Shown: one piece after another, positions 12,868-25,749 of the stretch
How the letters are laid out: every line of letters starts with the position of its first letter
How positions within the stretch are numbered: position 1 is the first letter of the stretch
NCBI RefSeq assembly: GCF_009834535.1
Contig: NC_045696.1
Location: forward strand, 106,766,001-106,830,000
Origin: Camelus ferus
Lineage: Eukaryota
Direction: 5' to 3'
Length of the DNA: 64,000 nt
Notes under the pieces: model-generated
The model's database searches: none
The model's input: only the letters and a program-made list of their open reading frames with translations
What the model was told of the DNA's origin: nothing
Made by a program: the position numbers and the translations under genes

Positions 12868-13007
12868 GGGAGGGTATAGCTTAGTGGTAGAGTACACACT
12901 CAGCATGCATGAGGTCCTGGGTTCAACCCCAGTACCTCCTCTAAAAATAAATAAATAAATAAACCTAATTACCTACCCCCTCAACAAAAAATAAAATAAA
13001 ATATAAA
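12868..13007 (+). mobile_element. Camelid tRNA-derived SINE (Vic-1 type), full length with 13-bp TSD
   Basis: 'ggggagggtatagcttagtggtagagtacacactcagcatgcatgaggtcctgggttcaaccccagtacctcc' plus A-rich tail; perfect TSD 'aaaatgaaccatg' at 12855-12867 and 13008-13020. Confidence 0.95.
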
Positions 13008-15064
13008 AAAATGAACCATGTTTCAAAAATATGCACAGAAGAAACAGCTGCAAAAAGCAGGTGTGACAGGCACTCGGCAGCCTCCTACAGTGGGAATGAG
13101 GGAGACCAGGGAAAATAGGAAGGTAAATTTCCCATGGGCGGGTCCTTGTCCTCCTTGGAATCTTGGGGTGACATTTAATGAAGACATCAGCCCTCTCTGG
13201 TATCTTGTCCTTGGACCCTGTCTTAGTTTTTGATAATGTTTAGCTGTTCTTGGTGTTTGCCCCACACCCCTCTGCCCACACTCTCAGTGATGTGTATTTC
13301 ACTATGTGATAATTTTTAGGATAGCCACCCTATAACCAGAGTGAAGATGCCCAAGTGTGTGACAGGGAGGAGAGAGAATTGGGCAAAAGCCACCAGACCT
13401 ATTTCTTAGTCTCGGAATTGAATTGAATTTTTGTTAGGCTTTGAGTTTCCGATTTTTTTAAATTGAATGTAGTAAATAAACTTGATGAGGGTTTATAACA
13501 GTTTTGTGTCCAGAAATTTTGGAAAATGTTAAATGTATGTTTTCAAAGTTTCCTACCTCATTCCAGCAGTGAGACTTAAAATACGTATGTTTTGCACAAA
13601 TGAACCATTGATATCTTTAATCCAACATATATAATGAGATAAATGTAAGTGTGAAATTAGAAAAAAATGAGCTGTGCATTAAAATTAATTACAGCTTCTT
13701 TAGAAATGTGTCACTTAAGCTGTCAAATTATCACCAAGGATTAATCGCATATGAGCTAAAAATTGCTAAAGAAAATGTAGGCATTACAAGTTATGAAGAT
13801 AATCAACTAATAGTCTTTAAAGGGAAAAGTCACTCCTGCTCTAGATTTTGAACTTACAAACTGAACAGATTCAGGTCAAATCTTCTGAAGGAAAGGATGA
13901 AAGGAGGGATGAGTGTCGGGGGAGAATCTGGTGGAGGGAAATGCAGAGGGAAGAAACCCTTTACAAAAGACTCGGCCCTTGACTCCGTGGAGTTGATTTC
14001 TGCTTCACTTTCCGGCTTCGCACCCCTAAGGGAAAGACGCGTCCCTGGGATGTTTATCAGGAAACTGGCTGTGTCCTGAGATCTCTGGGCACCGACTCAG
14101 GAGCTCGGTTCCAGTTCTTACTCCTCCACGTGGTTGCAGAGGGAGCCTGGAAGCATCCTAAAGCCTTGGCACTTATCTTACCTGAAGCATAGAATGAGAA
14201 GACAGGGCCATGTGACTTTCCTTCTAGGCTTGAGATTTTAGAATTGAAAAGCCCAGGATAACCAAATGGAAGCCTACCTACACATTTTAGAGAAATTACA
14301 AGAATGAATTCTTCCTTTTAGTTTTAAGTGAAGTTACAAATGAAAGAAGTCAGTCGGTATATCAGATTTCAGAAAAGCAAAAATTATGTTAGCTCTCCTT
14401 CCACAGCTCTGTGCTGTGTCATATTTCAAATCCCAGGTCATTTTTGTCAACCCCCAGGAGAGAGGATTAAACACTTTCCCTTACCCTAACACTGAGGGAG
14501 AAGGTAGAATTTAAGACTTCAATTATAATAAGAAACCACATCCAAAGTTGACTGGACGGAGAGTGGGATGCTATATAAAGGATGGTGGTGAGAATGATAA
14601 ACACTTTGGGAGATGACAGTGACTGTTCTTTGTTTCTATTGTTTTCAGACCTCTCTTATGTCTCCACACCGATCATTCTTCTCTGTCTTCCCCAAGACAT
14701 ATCTTTCCACCGCATCCACCTCCTTTGAAACCTCCCTTCCTTTCTGACAGATCCCAAATTTCCAACAATCACATTTTGCCAGGATCAAAGGCAAACACAT
14801 TTCCATAGCAGTCAAACCCTTCTCAGTGGACTTCATAGTGTATCCAAGTTGTTTAGTTGGAGTGGAGTTCTATAATGAGCATAGTGCTGGAGATCTCACT
14901 CTGGGTGTGCAAAAGCCAGAGGAGACGGTGAGCTGACAGCTGTATAACTCTCATTGAAATGGCATGTTTTAAAGGGTGCTTTGAAGCTAATAGAAGGAAT
15001 GAAGAAACGGTGCACATGTGCTGCCTTTCCTCAAAACATTAGGTATTATTTAGTTGGGTTAGCA

Positions 15065-15120
15065 AGGAGAGAGAGAGACAGAGGGAGGGAGAGGGAAGAG
15101 GAGAGGGAGGGAGAGAGAGA
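15065..15120. repeat. GA-rich simple repeat
   Basis: aggagagagagagacagagggagggagagggaagaggagagggagggagagagaga. Confidence 0.85.
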
Positions 15121-15350
15121 TCTCTAATGGAAGGGATTTCAACAGTCTATGTGTTAAGAGATGAGGGGGATTAGCTGGTCCTGAGACTCCGCCAGGAGAA
15201 CTGGAGCTCTAACCTAGCTCCCCAGCTTTCTCCCCACTCTCCTTTCCTCCCTCCCATGTGAAATGCAATATGTATACAACTGGGCTCTTATTTTTTTTCT
15301 ACTAGGTTGACTGCAGATGACTAGCAAACATGAAAAGAGACTTGACTTCA

Positions 15351-15435
15351 GGGGGAGGGAAGTGGCTCAGTGGTAGAGTGCATATTCAGCATGCACGAGG
15401 TCCTGTACCTCCATTAAAAAAGAGAGAGAGAGAGA
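15351..15435 (+). mobile_element. Vic-1-type SINE with internal deletion of the B box
   Basis: 'gggggagggaagtggctcagtggtagagtgcatattcagcatgcacgaggtcctg|tacctcc' lacks the 'ggttcaatcccca' segment present in the other copies; A tail then (AG)n. Confidence 0.85.
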
Positions 15436-15449
15436 TTGAGATTCAACTT

Positions 15450-16240
15450 CCGTTAACCATTTCACTAACCAGGTTGGCGTAGCCTTTGAAACATGTTACC
15501 TAGTGTGCATGAGGTACAAGAAAGTTGGCATTTTTCATGCAGTGCTAGTGGAATTCCAAATAGTTATAACCTTTTTGAAGGGCAATTTTGCAGTTTATGT
15601 CAAAAGCCTTTAATAAAAATATTTGTACACTTTGACTCAGCAGTTGTGCTTAAATAAAAGCACAAATGTGCACAAAGATTTAACTTTAAGAATGCTCATC
15701 ACGGTATTGTTGATAAAATTTAAGTACTTGAATACTGTATAACACAGAGAACTCTATTCAATATCTTATAGTAACCTATAATAAAAATATGAAAATGAAT
15801 ATATGTATCTATATGTCTGACTGAACTATTAAGCTGTAATCAGAAATTGACACAACATTGTAAACTGACTATACTTCAATAAAAAAAGAATTTAAGCACT
15901 TGAAAACAAAGTGAATGTTAAGCATAAAGGAAATGGTTAAGTAACTATATTTCATCCACAAGAGGAAATGCTTTGCTGCCATTAAAATGATGTGGTGATG
16001 AAGGGTTCTTTCTGACATTGATAATATGCATGATATGTGTTTAAATTTTAAACACAGCATATGATGCCATTTTGTAAAAAATTGGAAAAGTATGTATTAA
16101 AAATATTGGAAGGATAATACATCAAAATATTAACAGTGGTCATATCTGATGGTAGGCTTATCCGTGGCATTTACTCTTTTCTGTTTTATATCTTTATTTT
16201 TGACATTTCTAAAATGAAAGGAATTAATTTGGCAATAAAA
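15450..16240 (+). mobile_element. Old L1 (L1ME-like) 3' region containing a younger L1 insertion
   Basis: 'ttgaagggcaattttgcag...tttgactcagcag' and 'aaaatattaacagtggtcatatctg' match L1ME 3' sequence. Confidence 0.7.
15733..15888 (+). mobile_element. Short young L1 3' end with 16-bp TSD
   Basis: Ends 'cacaacattgtaaactgactatacttcaataaaaaaa'; TSD 'aatttaag(t/c)acttgaa' at 15717-15732 and 15889-15904. Confidence 0.9.
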
Positions 16241-16299
16241 CAAACCATTTTCCGAAGGAAAGATTGAGCTGGGAAGAAATACAGGATAAATCAGAGAGA

Positions 16300-17980
16300 A
16301 CAGAGAGGAAGGAGTAGAGTTAAGGTGTTACAAAAGCACAACATGCTGATGGCCGGAGCTAGTCTTAGAATAGGGAGGAGGGGGGACGTGGGGAACATTT
16401 TAAAAAAATAGAATCAACAATGACAACAGGAAATGGTGATGAGGAATGGTGACTTTATGATGTTTGCATGTGTCTGTATGTGTGTAGACTATTCTGAGAA
16501 GCAACAATCTTGTGTATCGATTTGAGTGGGTGGAGAACATCTAAGAAGATGTCCTTCAGATAGTGGAAGAAATGGGACTGTGTTAGGTGTAATATCAAGG
16601 GAGGAGGATTTATTTTATCAGCACAGCTGGAATGGTAAGAGTTAATTGACAAAGAAAAAGACTGTAGTCATTAAAGACCTGTGAATAGGGAGATTAGAGA
16701 GTGTGGTGATGAAGAAAGGAAATAGAGGACTGTCTAAAGAAAGAGAAGGAAAACAAACTAAATTCAGTATAATAGAAAGCTAGGGGAGGAGACTGTAAGA
16801 AAAATGAGGTGGAAAACACAATACTTTATTTCAGAAAGATCAAGGAAAACAATGACAGAGAAAGGGCCACTGAATTTGAGAAAGGACTCTTATTAGAGTC
16901 ATTAGAAGAGAAATAATGTGTATCTGGAGGTTGGTGGAAAGAGGTATCAAATTGTAGAAAGTAGTCCATCCAAAAACTGTGCCAGTGAAAGAAAAGAGAT
17001 AAGGAGGGAAGTCTTTAAAATGGTGATCAGAACCAAAGAAATCAGAGTTCCCCGAGATGGAGGAGACCTGTGAGTCTTTGAAGGAAAGAGCCTACAAAGA
17101 GAGCTGGAAACACTGAATGAGGATAATTTGACAACAAGTTTCCTGAATGCGAAGGAATGTTTGGGCTCCAGAGCACAGACTTCACAATCCATATGATAGT
17201 AAAGATACCATCTCTTTCTTTTAGAAATCAAGGAAAGAAAATGAGTGTGGACAACCACAAATGTTAAGGGATGAAAACAACAGGTGAATGAGTGTAACTT
17301 GGATGACCTCAAAGTAGGACTTGGGATCCTTTATTCTCCTGTAGTGGAGTCCTAAAATGTGGGCCCAGGAAAGCAAAGGGCGATTACAATGTTAATTTTA
17401 AGAAGTAGGGGAAAATGAAGAGATGAATCAAATTTTTGCCAAGCATCACACGTGAGGAGAGAGTGGCTGAGTTTTTTGACTTCATCATCATCTTCTGCAA
17501 GTCTAAGTGAACTTAATCTGTCTGTATTCAGCAGCAGCATGTAGAGCAGGAGGAGGGAAGAGGGCTGTGAACCATGGTTTGTGAGGGAGGAGATCTGGGA
17601 ATCTGGGGTGGCTGAGAGCCAGGTTAAAATAGCTGCCCCAGGTGTGAAGACTAAGCATTGCCAGAAGAAGACTCATGAAATTGGTGAAATCAGGTAAGTT
17701 GATGGTTAAGCCAAATGAGTGGAGGTCAGGAAGAGGCATAGGAGGGAGGAGATGGTGAAAGAGGCTTGGTGGAAATGGGGAAGTAGGAAAGGTGAAAAGG
17801 CTGTGATCAAAGACAGCACTAATTTAATAAGTGGAGGATGGAGCAGTAGAAAGAGATGTACCCATACTCGTGGGGTGCATAGGTGCACAGAGATGTGGAG
17901 GGGATAATTTGAGCAGAAGGCGGATGTGAAACTGGGAGAGAAGGGAATTGACAGATCATGGAGGTAAATGTGGACATAAA
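16300..17980 (-). mobile_element. Long, old L2 LINE ORF2 fragment
   Basis: Purine-rich plus strand typical of antisense L2; the minus strand has a DH-like endonuclease-end motif near 17800 and 'PHKPWFT' (ORF 17503-17739), resembling L2 'P.PW'. Confidence 0.6.
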
Positions 17981-18029
17981 TACTGGTGTCAGGGGTCTAC
18001 CTCCTAGGACAAAAACTCTTCATAGGACT

Positions 18030-18260
18030 AGGAGTAGTGTAGCTCAATGATAATGATCATGGGCTTTCCCACCTCCATGTTGTCCCTATTATGTGACCTG
18101 ATGGCACCGGTCACAAAACATTTCTAAACCTCAGTTCCCTCATCTGCAAAATAATGCTAATGATCTCATATTGATTTTGTGAGGATTGAATGAGATAATA
18201 TAAGTAAAGTATTTGGTGTAAATGTCAGCTTTGCTGATCGTGAAGATGATGATGATGACA
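18030..18260 (+). mobile_element. MIR SINE
   Basis: 'tttctaaacctcagttccctcatctgcaaaataatg...ttgtgaggattgaatgagataata' MIR core. Confidence 0.85.
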
Positions 18261-20830
18261 GTGGTTTGAAAGTCATTTGATGAGTCCCAGATATTGACAC
18301 CAATGCAGACACTTGGTAGAGGGTCCAAGTCACTTAGGAGTTCCTAGGGGATATGGGGCTGATTATGTTATTCCTCAGCCTCTTATGAAAAATGTGGCCT
18401 TAGCACAGGTAGGAGTGGTTATTGTGGAGAATGGTGTGGAGAAGGAGCTGTCCATTGTTTTGAGATAATCTTCGTTTGAACCCTAATCACTCTCCAATTA
18501 TTCTCTGTCCCACTTCCCACTGCTCTCCTCAATACAATTAAAATTAATCTGGCTGAAGATTTCTAGTTCCTGCCCCTATTATGTCTACAAAATGACACTT
18601 GGCTGACTTTCTCTATGAATTTAATCTCCAAACTATTGTCTTTGTTCTGGCATTAATCCATGAGAAATTTTGACTACATTCATCTTTTCTTTTCAGTTTA
18701 AAAAAATAAATACTGCAAAATTGATGGTAATAATGGTAATCTTGAGTCTTTCAGAAGTTTTTATGTCCACTTTTCTCTATTTTAGAAAAGCAAGGAGCTG
18801 TATAAGATGCTGTAGACCTTTTATTTCATTAGAATAGTTGAAATAAGTTATTTGATACTGAAGTTATCAGGAATAGTAATTTTTTAAATCTCTTAATAAT
18901 TATAAGTAGAAAAGGTGTTGTACTAGTGTACTCATAAATTAGGCTCTAATTTTTAGTATTATTTTAAAATTTATTCACTTAAGGAGGATCACCCATTTTT
19001 TGGGTCAGATTTTGTGAAAATTACCTGGAGAAACAACTCAGTGAGAAAAACAAATTCTGTGTCATTCACACACAAATATGTATTTAAGCACTTAATTCTA
19101 ATAATCTTGCTTCCTGGTGGTAATAGTGAAGATCACACCTAAAAATACATGAGATTTTTTCAGGGGTTAAAGTGTAAAGATGATAAATAAAACGCTTACA
19201 GTTTTTCTCATTCACAGACATGAATCTGGCTTCTATATTTATATAATTTATCATTAGTCATGGAGTATATGTGCTTGTTGAGGGAGCTTCCTCATAGGTG
19301 AAGCTTGCTATTAGGTTGAGGTTATGAGAAAAAAGAAAGAGTATTGGAAACTATTAAGTGTTGGCATGGCTAGAGAGGAAGTAAAGATAAAAGATGCTCA
19401 GCATTAAGATTAGGTTGATTTATTAGGAAATTAGGCATTGATTCATTAGGGAAGCAATGAAGGCTGGACTTTCTCTTCCCTTCCCTTTATCACTTCCCTG
19501 CATATTAGATAAATTATTTGCATTACTTAAAAACTAAGATCAGCTAATGTCCACAAAATGAATAAAAATGTAAACATGGATGGCTTATGCCTTTATGTCC
19601 CCTTTGGTCCACAAATCTCCTTATCAATTTCCTTAATTAATGTCTTCCTTTGATTGGAGACATCAACACAGAAAAGTATCTGAGTCTTGCTTCCTGATGT
19701 GGAATGAGACACCTTAAGATATGTGGAAATATAAATATAATTTGAGAATTTTTTACCTCACTCTAATGGAGCTGGCTCTGTACTCTCAAGAGCATTATTG
19801 ACAAATGAGGACTTAAATGTGTCCATGAGTCTAAAAGTCCATGATTCAAGTACAAGGGAACATTAGAAAGCCATGACTAAAACAAAGCAGTTGAGAAAAA
19901 TGACAATTTATTTATCTATGAGTTTAAATACTTGTGGATTCATATAAAAGTTTAGGAGCCATCATTAAAACAAGAAGATCATTGGTAAATGAAAAAATAA
20001 GCATTTCACATACTTTTGGTTCAAAGGCAGTGAAAGTTTGCTATCTCCCTCTGAATTTGTGTGAAGTTATTGGAACTGAATGAAAGTTATTAAAGAAATG
20101 AAAACATCTAACTTATTCCTTAATGTTTCTATTCTGTCAGTCCATTTGGGGTGTGTTTTGATTCTCTCTGGAACCTATACGAATGGAAATGAATGTGTGC
20201 ACCAGTGTGCTTTTGGGTGATTTGTAGACTCATTTTTTGAATTCCCATTACCGCACCATCTAAACATCCCTACTTAACTTTATCGTGTCTGCCTGTATTT
20301 GACTAACCCCTAACCACTAACCACTTTCAACCGAAGTGCGTCTGCTTGGTGCTAAGCAGCTAGCTGAGAAGATTCTTCCCTCCCAATCAACACCACCATA
20401 GCATGAAATGAAGACACGGAATGAGGTAGAAAGAGATGAAGAGAAGGGGAGGGGGCACTATTTCTATTAAAAAAAATCCTCTGACTTCTTATGTGTTCTG
20501 TAGGGACTATTAATATTTCTTCCTAACTCCTCTTGCACTGCTAGGCTTCCCTTTCTCCCTCACCCTCACACCTCCCCATGCAAGCAAAGTCTTGAATCAG
20601 CAGATTCTGAGCTCGAAGCAGTAAAGAGCTATTGAGGGACAGACTCTGATAGCAATACGGCCAAACGTGGAACCATTTTCTGTGGCGAATCGCTGAGTTC
20701 TACCTGGTTATCTCTTGCCTTGCACATCACTTCCAAATGACATGCTCTCAGTCTGGGCAAAAATGAGAGTTTTTTAAAGAACCGGGATTTCAATAATATG
20801 TGACGAAAGGATGAGATTACTTTCTGAGGT

Positions 20831-20912
20831 AGGGAAAGGCAGGGAGGAATGAGGGAGGGGGAGGAAGAGGGAGAGGGAGGGAGGGAGGAGGGGGAGCAGA
20901 GAGAGAAAGAGG
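20831..20912. repeat. Polypurine (GGGA-rich) tract
   Basis: agggaaaggcagggaggaatgagggagggggaggaagagggagagggagggagggaggagggggagcagagagagaaagagg. Confidence 0.8.
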
Positions 20913-22039
20913 TAGAATTGTGTATCCCTTAGAGCCCTTGGTACATGTCTTTCTCTAGTTCTTACAACCAATCTTTGTCTAACTTCAGAAAGTCAAAAAG
21001 AACAAGTCATCTTAATTTCCTTTATTTGTCTTCTTTCTTTCTCCTGCTTGTCTCACTGGTGGCAACTGAATGTTGTAGACACTACAGTGACTCTTGAGTT
21101 ATTGCTAGGAGTTACTGTAATTTGACTGTAACACAGTTAAGTAAGGTGGAGGCTCGTAGTACTATTACGCATTCTCTAAAACAGAGAGTGAAATAGGCAG
21201 GAGAGCCCTTCGGGGAAATATATCCATCTGTGTTGGCCAATTGGGAAATTTGGAAACCAACAAGTTTGGAAATAAAATTAGTAGCTGGCTCTCCTCGCTG
21301 CTTATAAGGACAGTAATGCAGTCCTACATTCCCAACAACCTCCATGGTCCTGAATACCTGCTGCCTCGTTCCAAGGGTTTCTAGAAGAAATGGAGGCACA
21401 TTTGATTGCTTCCTATCCATAATTAATAAACATTGTTACGATGTGACTGTCTTTTCATTTTAATCAAGAAAAATGAAGAAATGATGAATAAAAACAACAT
21501 TTTTGTGTACATCCTTGTGAGATTTTTGTAAAAGTCAAACATGAAAAAGGCAGTCTTTGACCACAAAATGTGTGTAGTTGCTTCCACATATTTCCTGCAA
21601 GAAAAGATACATTTTCATTTGAATTTGACAGTGACATTTATTTCTCTCAGTTAGGGTTATAGTCTTATGGCCTGAGATGGGGTTTGCAAGGTCTAAAGCA
21701 AGGCTCTTCCTAACATCCTTTAGAGATGCAGTCAGGTAAATAGGAATGAGTAGTGACAAGGATTCCTAAGGCTTCTCTTGAGCCTTCGATGGACTCATAT
21801 CCTGGGAGATGTGTATAATGATAATAAAAGGACCCAATAGAAGGATGAATTAGAAACGGGAGCAGAACCCCATCAAAAAGCATTACAGGGAAGACAGCTC
21901 AGAATGGACCTAACCCTTTAATCCTTAACAAATTTTGAGCAATGGGCATCACTTAGAGTTGCTAGTGCAATGTTTACATATGACAGAGAGAAGGAAAATC
22001 TATCGTTGCAAGTATGTGTGTGTGTGTGCATATATATAT

Positions 22040-24470
22040 GCATACTAACTGAAAAATAACTCAAAGTAAATACAGTAAAATGTAAAGGTTTTACTTCACC
22101 AAATCCCTCACCTCCACCCCCAACATAATGGCCTTTCCTAAGGAAAAACCACAGTTAAGATTTCTGTGTACAATCAACCCTTAAACAACACTAGTTTGAA
22201 CTACACGGGTCCACCTATACACAGATTTTTCTGAGTAGCAGATATTACAGTACTGCACGCTTTGTGATTGGTTGAATCTACGGATTCAGAACTGGGCAGG
22301 GATACAGAGGGACCACTCTAACTTATACACAGATTTTCCACTATGCAGTGTTCAAGCTCCCATCACCTTGGTTGCTCAAGGGCCAGTTGCATATCCTTTC
22401 AAACGACTTTCTAGAAATTTGTTATATAGAGTCACATAGAATTTTTTCTTTGTTTTTTCACATACGTGGATCATACTTAGCATGTTGTTACCTAGCTTGC
22501 TTTTTCACTTAACAATGTATCTTGAAGAACTTTTCTCACCAAGAAAGAATGAGATACATCTTGCTCTTTTCAAAGGCTGCATGATATTTCTTAATATGGT
22601 TGACATATTTATTGAAGACTTGTCTTCAAGATGCGCACATAGGTCATTATGACCTTTTGCTCCTAAAAACAAATGTTTCAAAATCCCTTTTATAGATACT
22701 TATGCCAATAAGTGGCTTTACCACAATTTGTCTATTCATAGGAATTTTTCGCCTTTTTATTTTGAAATGATTTCAAATATATAAAAAAGTGTAAGAATAG
22801 TACAAAGAGCTCCTGCAGGTCTATCAAACTTGAACACTTTGCTGCATTCTCTTTCCATATGTATTATGCACACACATTATTATTATGCTATTGGTTTTTT
22901 TCTGAACCTTTGAGAATAAGTTCAATCATCATATCCTTTCCTTCCCAAATTCTTCAGTGTGCATTTCCTAAGGACAGGTGTAATCTCTTTCACAACAGTA
23001 ATAAAATTGCTAAATTAAGAAAATTTCATCTTGATACAATAATGTTATCTAAATCATACCACTGTGATTTAAGTTATAGTTTCCCCAATTGCCCTCATAA
23101 TGCCCTTTATGCCACTTTTATTTTCTGGTCAGGTTCCAACTGAGGATCATGCAGTACATGTAGGTGTCATCTTTCTCCCTCTTTTTGCTTTTTTCAGCTT
23201 TATTGAGGTACAGTTGACATACAATAAACTGCAGAGTACCTGTACATACAGTGTACAATTTTTTGAGTTTTGACATATAGATATACGTCTAGCAAAGTCT
23301 CCCAGTAGTTAAGATAAGGAACATGTTCATCACTTTCCAAAGTTTCTTTGTTCCCTTTTGTAATCCTTTTTATTCCCTTCCCTTCCTCCAGCGCCAACCT
23401 CTGGCAAAAACTACTCTGCTTCCTGTTACTGCAGATTAGCTTCATTTCCCAGAATTTTACATAAATAAAAAAATGCACTATGTACTTTTATTTTGGGAGA
23501 TGGGTGCATCTGGCTTTTCCACTTGGACTATTTTGAGATTCTCCATGTTGTTGCCTATATTCCTTCTTAATGCTGAGTAATATTCTATTGTATGGATATA
23601 CCACAAGCTGTCCACCCACCCACTGAAAGACATTTGGATAGTTGCCAGTTTAGAGACATTACAAATAAAGCTGCTATGAGTATTCATATACAAGTGTTTG
23701 TGTAGGTGTGTGTTCTCATTTCTCTTGGGTAAATATCTGGAAGTAAATTGATGTGTCATGTGGCAGGTACACGTTTAACTTAAGACACTGCCAAACTCTT
23801 TTCCAAAACAGTTGTACCATTTTACATTTCCTCCAGCAGTGTATGAGAATCCCAGTAGCTCTACATCATTGCCAACACTTGCTGTGATCAGTCTTTTTAA
23901 TCTTAGACATTCTAATAAGTATGAAGTATTATCTCCTTCTGGTTTGGATCTTCATTTCCCTAACGACTAATGATCATAAGCATCTTTTCATGTGCTTATT
24001 TGCCATCTTCTTAGATTAAGTGCCTGTTAAAATCTATAGCCTATGTTTTCATTGGACATTTATGGTTTTTTTGTGTGTGAGCTGGATGATTATTTTTAAT
24101 AGTTTGATATTTTTATTGACTTGTAGGAGTTTTTAAGTATGTTCTCAGCAGTAATCCTTGGTTTGCTACATGCATTTTGTATATTGTTTTCTCCTCTGCT
24201 ACTTACATTTTACCTTTTCATATGTTTTACCTTTTATGTTTTAATTTTTATGTGGTCAAATCTGTTTATTTTTCCTTTAGGCTTCTAGAATTTTCTTCAT
24301 ACACATTAAGGTCTTCTCAATCCCAGTAGTTAAAAAATATCCTTCTGTATATATTTCTTGTACTTTTCTAGTAAAAAATTAGAGCACTAATCCACTACTG
24401 GTATGTTTTTATATAAGATTTAAGGGCATATTATTTTCCTAAAGACAGCATAATTTTTTGTATTTCCAGT
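22040..24470 (-). mobile_element. Nested cluster of old L1 3' ends (L1ME/L1MC/L1MD-like)
   Basis: A distinct L1 3' end starts at ~23190 ('cagctttattgaggtacagttgacatacaataaac'); ORF 23478-23759 translates to degenerate L1 ORF2 C-terminus (LWYIHTIEYYSA). Confidence 0.85.
22171..22389 (-). mobile_element. Tigger2-derived MITE (Tigger2a-like, TcMar DNA transposon)
   Basis: Degenerate TIRs 'caatcaacccttaaacaac' / 'gttgctcaagggccagttg', TA on the left flank, internal 'tttgaactacacgggtccacctata' and 'ttggttgaatctacgga'. Confidence 0.8.
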
Positions 24471-24679
24471 TATGGATAAATTTTATGTTGTGGAACTTAA
24501 CAAAAATTGAAACATGGGATCTTAGAACTACCCCTTTAGGAAATTATCAAAAAATAGCAGATGAATTATCAAAAAAAGCAGCCATGCTTTAAAAATGATG
24601 CTAAGAGAGTAACCCACATCTGAGGGAGCAGAAGCAGGAGAACAAGAACCTTGGCAAACTAAACTAAAGATGCACTGAT

Positions 24680-25121
24680 TAGGATGCTTTTGGATGAACA
24701 TTGGCTTAACTAAAAGGACATTATTTTTCTGACATAATAAGAAGTCTAGAGATGGACAGTTACCACACACACTCAGCAGCTTAACCCAGTCGTCAATACC
24801 CAGGCTCTTTCAGTACTTCTGCTCCTCCATCCTTAGCAGCCCCACACGACCGCCGTGGCTTCAGGCATCACACCTGAGTTGAAGAGAGAAGGTGAACAAT
24901 GTAGGCAGATGTAGCTCTTTTCTCAAAACATCAAGGTCTTCAGGTAAATATTCCTGTGTCTCCTTGGCTAGAACTTGGCAACTTGTCTGTTCCTAGATGC
25001 AAGGGAGGCTGGAAAAGTGAACATTTGGTGTCCCAGCATCGCAGTGGGAGGCAGCAAGTAAGGAAGTGTGAAAGAGTTACGGATTAGCTGCTGGCTTAGC
25101 CAACGCATGGAGTTGGCCACA
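24680..25121 (-). mobile_element. Old MaLR LTR (MLT1J-like)
   Basis: 'ttggcttaactaaaagg...ataagaagtctagag', 'tgcaagggaggctggaaaagtgaacattt', ending 'gccaca'. Confidence 0.7.
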
Positions 25122-25389
25122 TGTGAAAAATCTGAAGAAACAAGTCTGGCTACATTTAGAAGTTTGTTTGCTTGTTTGTTTTTACTTGAGGTATAATTAA
25201 CATAGGAGAAGTATTTTAAGGAAGAAATTCTATATGTGTCTTTCAATATCAAAAGGATTATCATATAGAAAAGTGAATATTTTATATTGCCAAACTGGGC
25301 CAATGCATGGACGTCAATAAGGAGGTGAATTTCAGCTGAATGTAAGGCAGAGAAGGGGGTCTAGTTTTAGCCTTGTAAGCTAGAAAACT

Positions 25390-25592
25390 TTTGCATTTAT
25401 TTATTCTATATGCTTTCAACGTTATTCATTTAACCCTGTGAGGCTGAGACTGTTATCTCCTTCCTATAGAGGGGAAAACCAAGGGTGGAGATAGAATTAG
25501 CTATCCCAAGGTCACACAGCTAGTGAGTGTCACTTGAAACCCAGGTCGCCTGGGTCCGGAGTTCACGTTCTCACAGAGTTTACCATGCTGCC
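25390..25592 (-). mobile_element. MIR SINE
   Basis: 'aaccctgtgagg...cccaaggtcacacagctagtgagtg...ttgaaacccaggtcgcctg'. Confidence 0.8.
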
Positions 25593-25749
25593 CTGGGGAG
25601 AGGTTGGATCAGATTACAATAACGTGGTCCCTCTTAAAAGTAGGTTCCTCTTACTTAGGCATTAGGTTCATGTCTCACTACGACATACCTGTTATTTACC
25701 ATTATTTAATAAGTTACCGTCTTTACTCAGCTCAAGAGAGAAACCTTTA

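Noticed and set aside
12868..12945. tRNA gene (A and B boxes, tRNA-like head); likewise at 10420-10492 and 58206-58280
   Set aside because: Followed by an A-rich tail, flanked by TSDs and present as several diverged copies, so these are SINEs.
14649..14810. Coding exon after the acceptor-like 'ttctttgtttctattgttttcag' at 14648
   Set aside because: The frames I translated hit stops or give an unrecognisable peptide, and there is no clear donor or partner exon.
21112..21420. 102-aa minus-strand ORF in unique sequence
   Set aside because: No recognisable domain; ORFs of this length are expected by chance in 64 kb across six frames.
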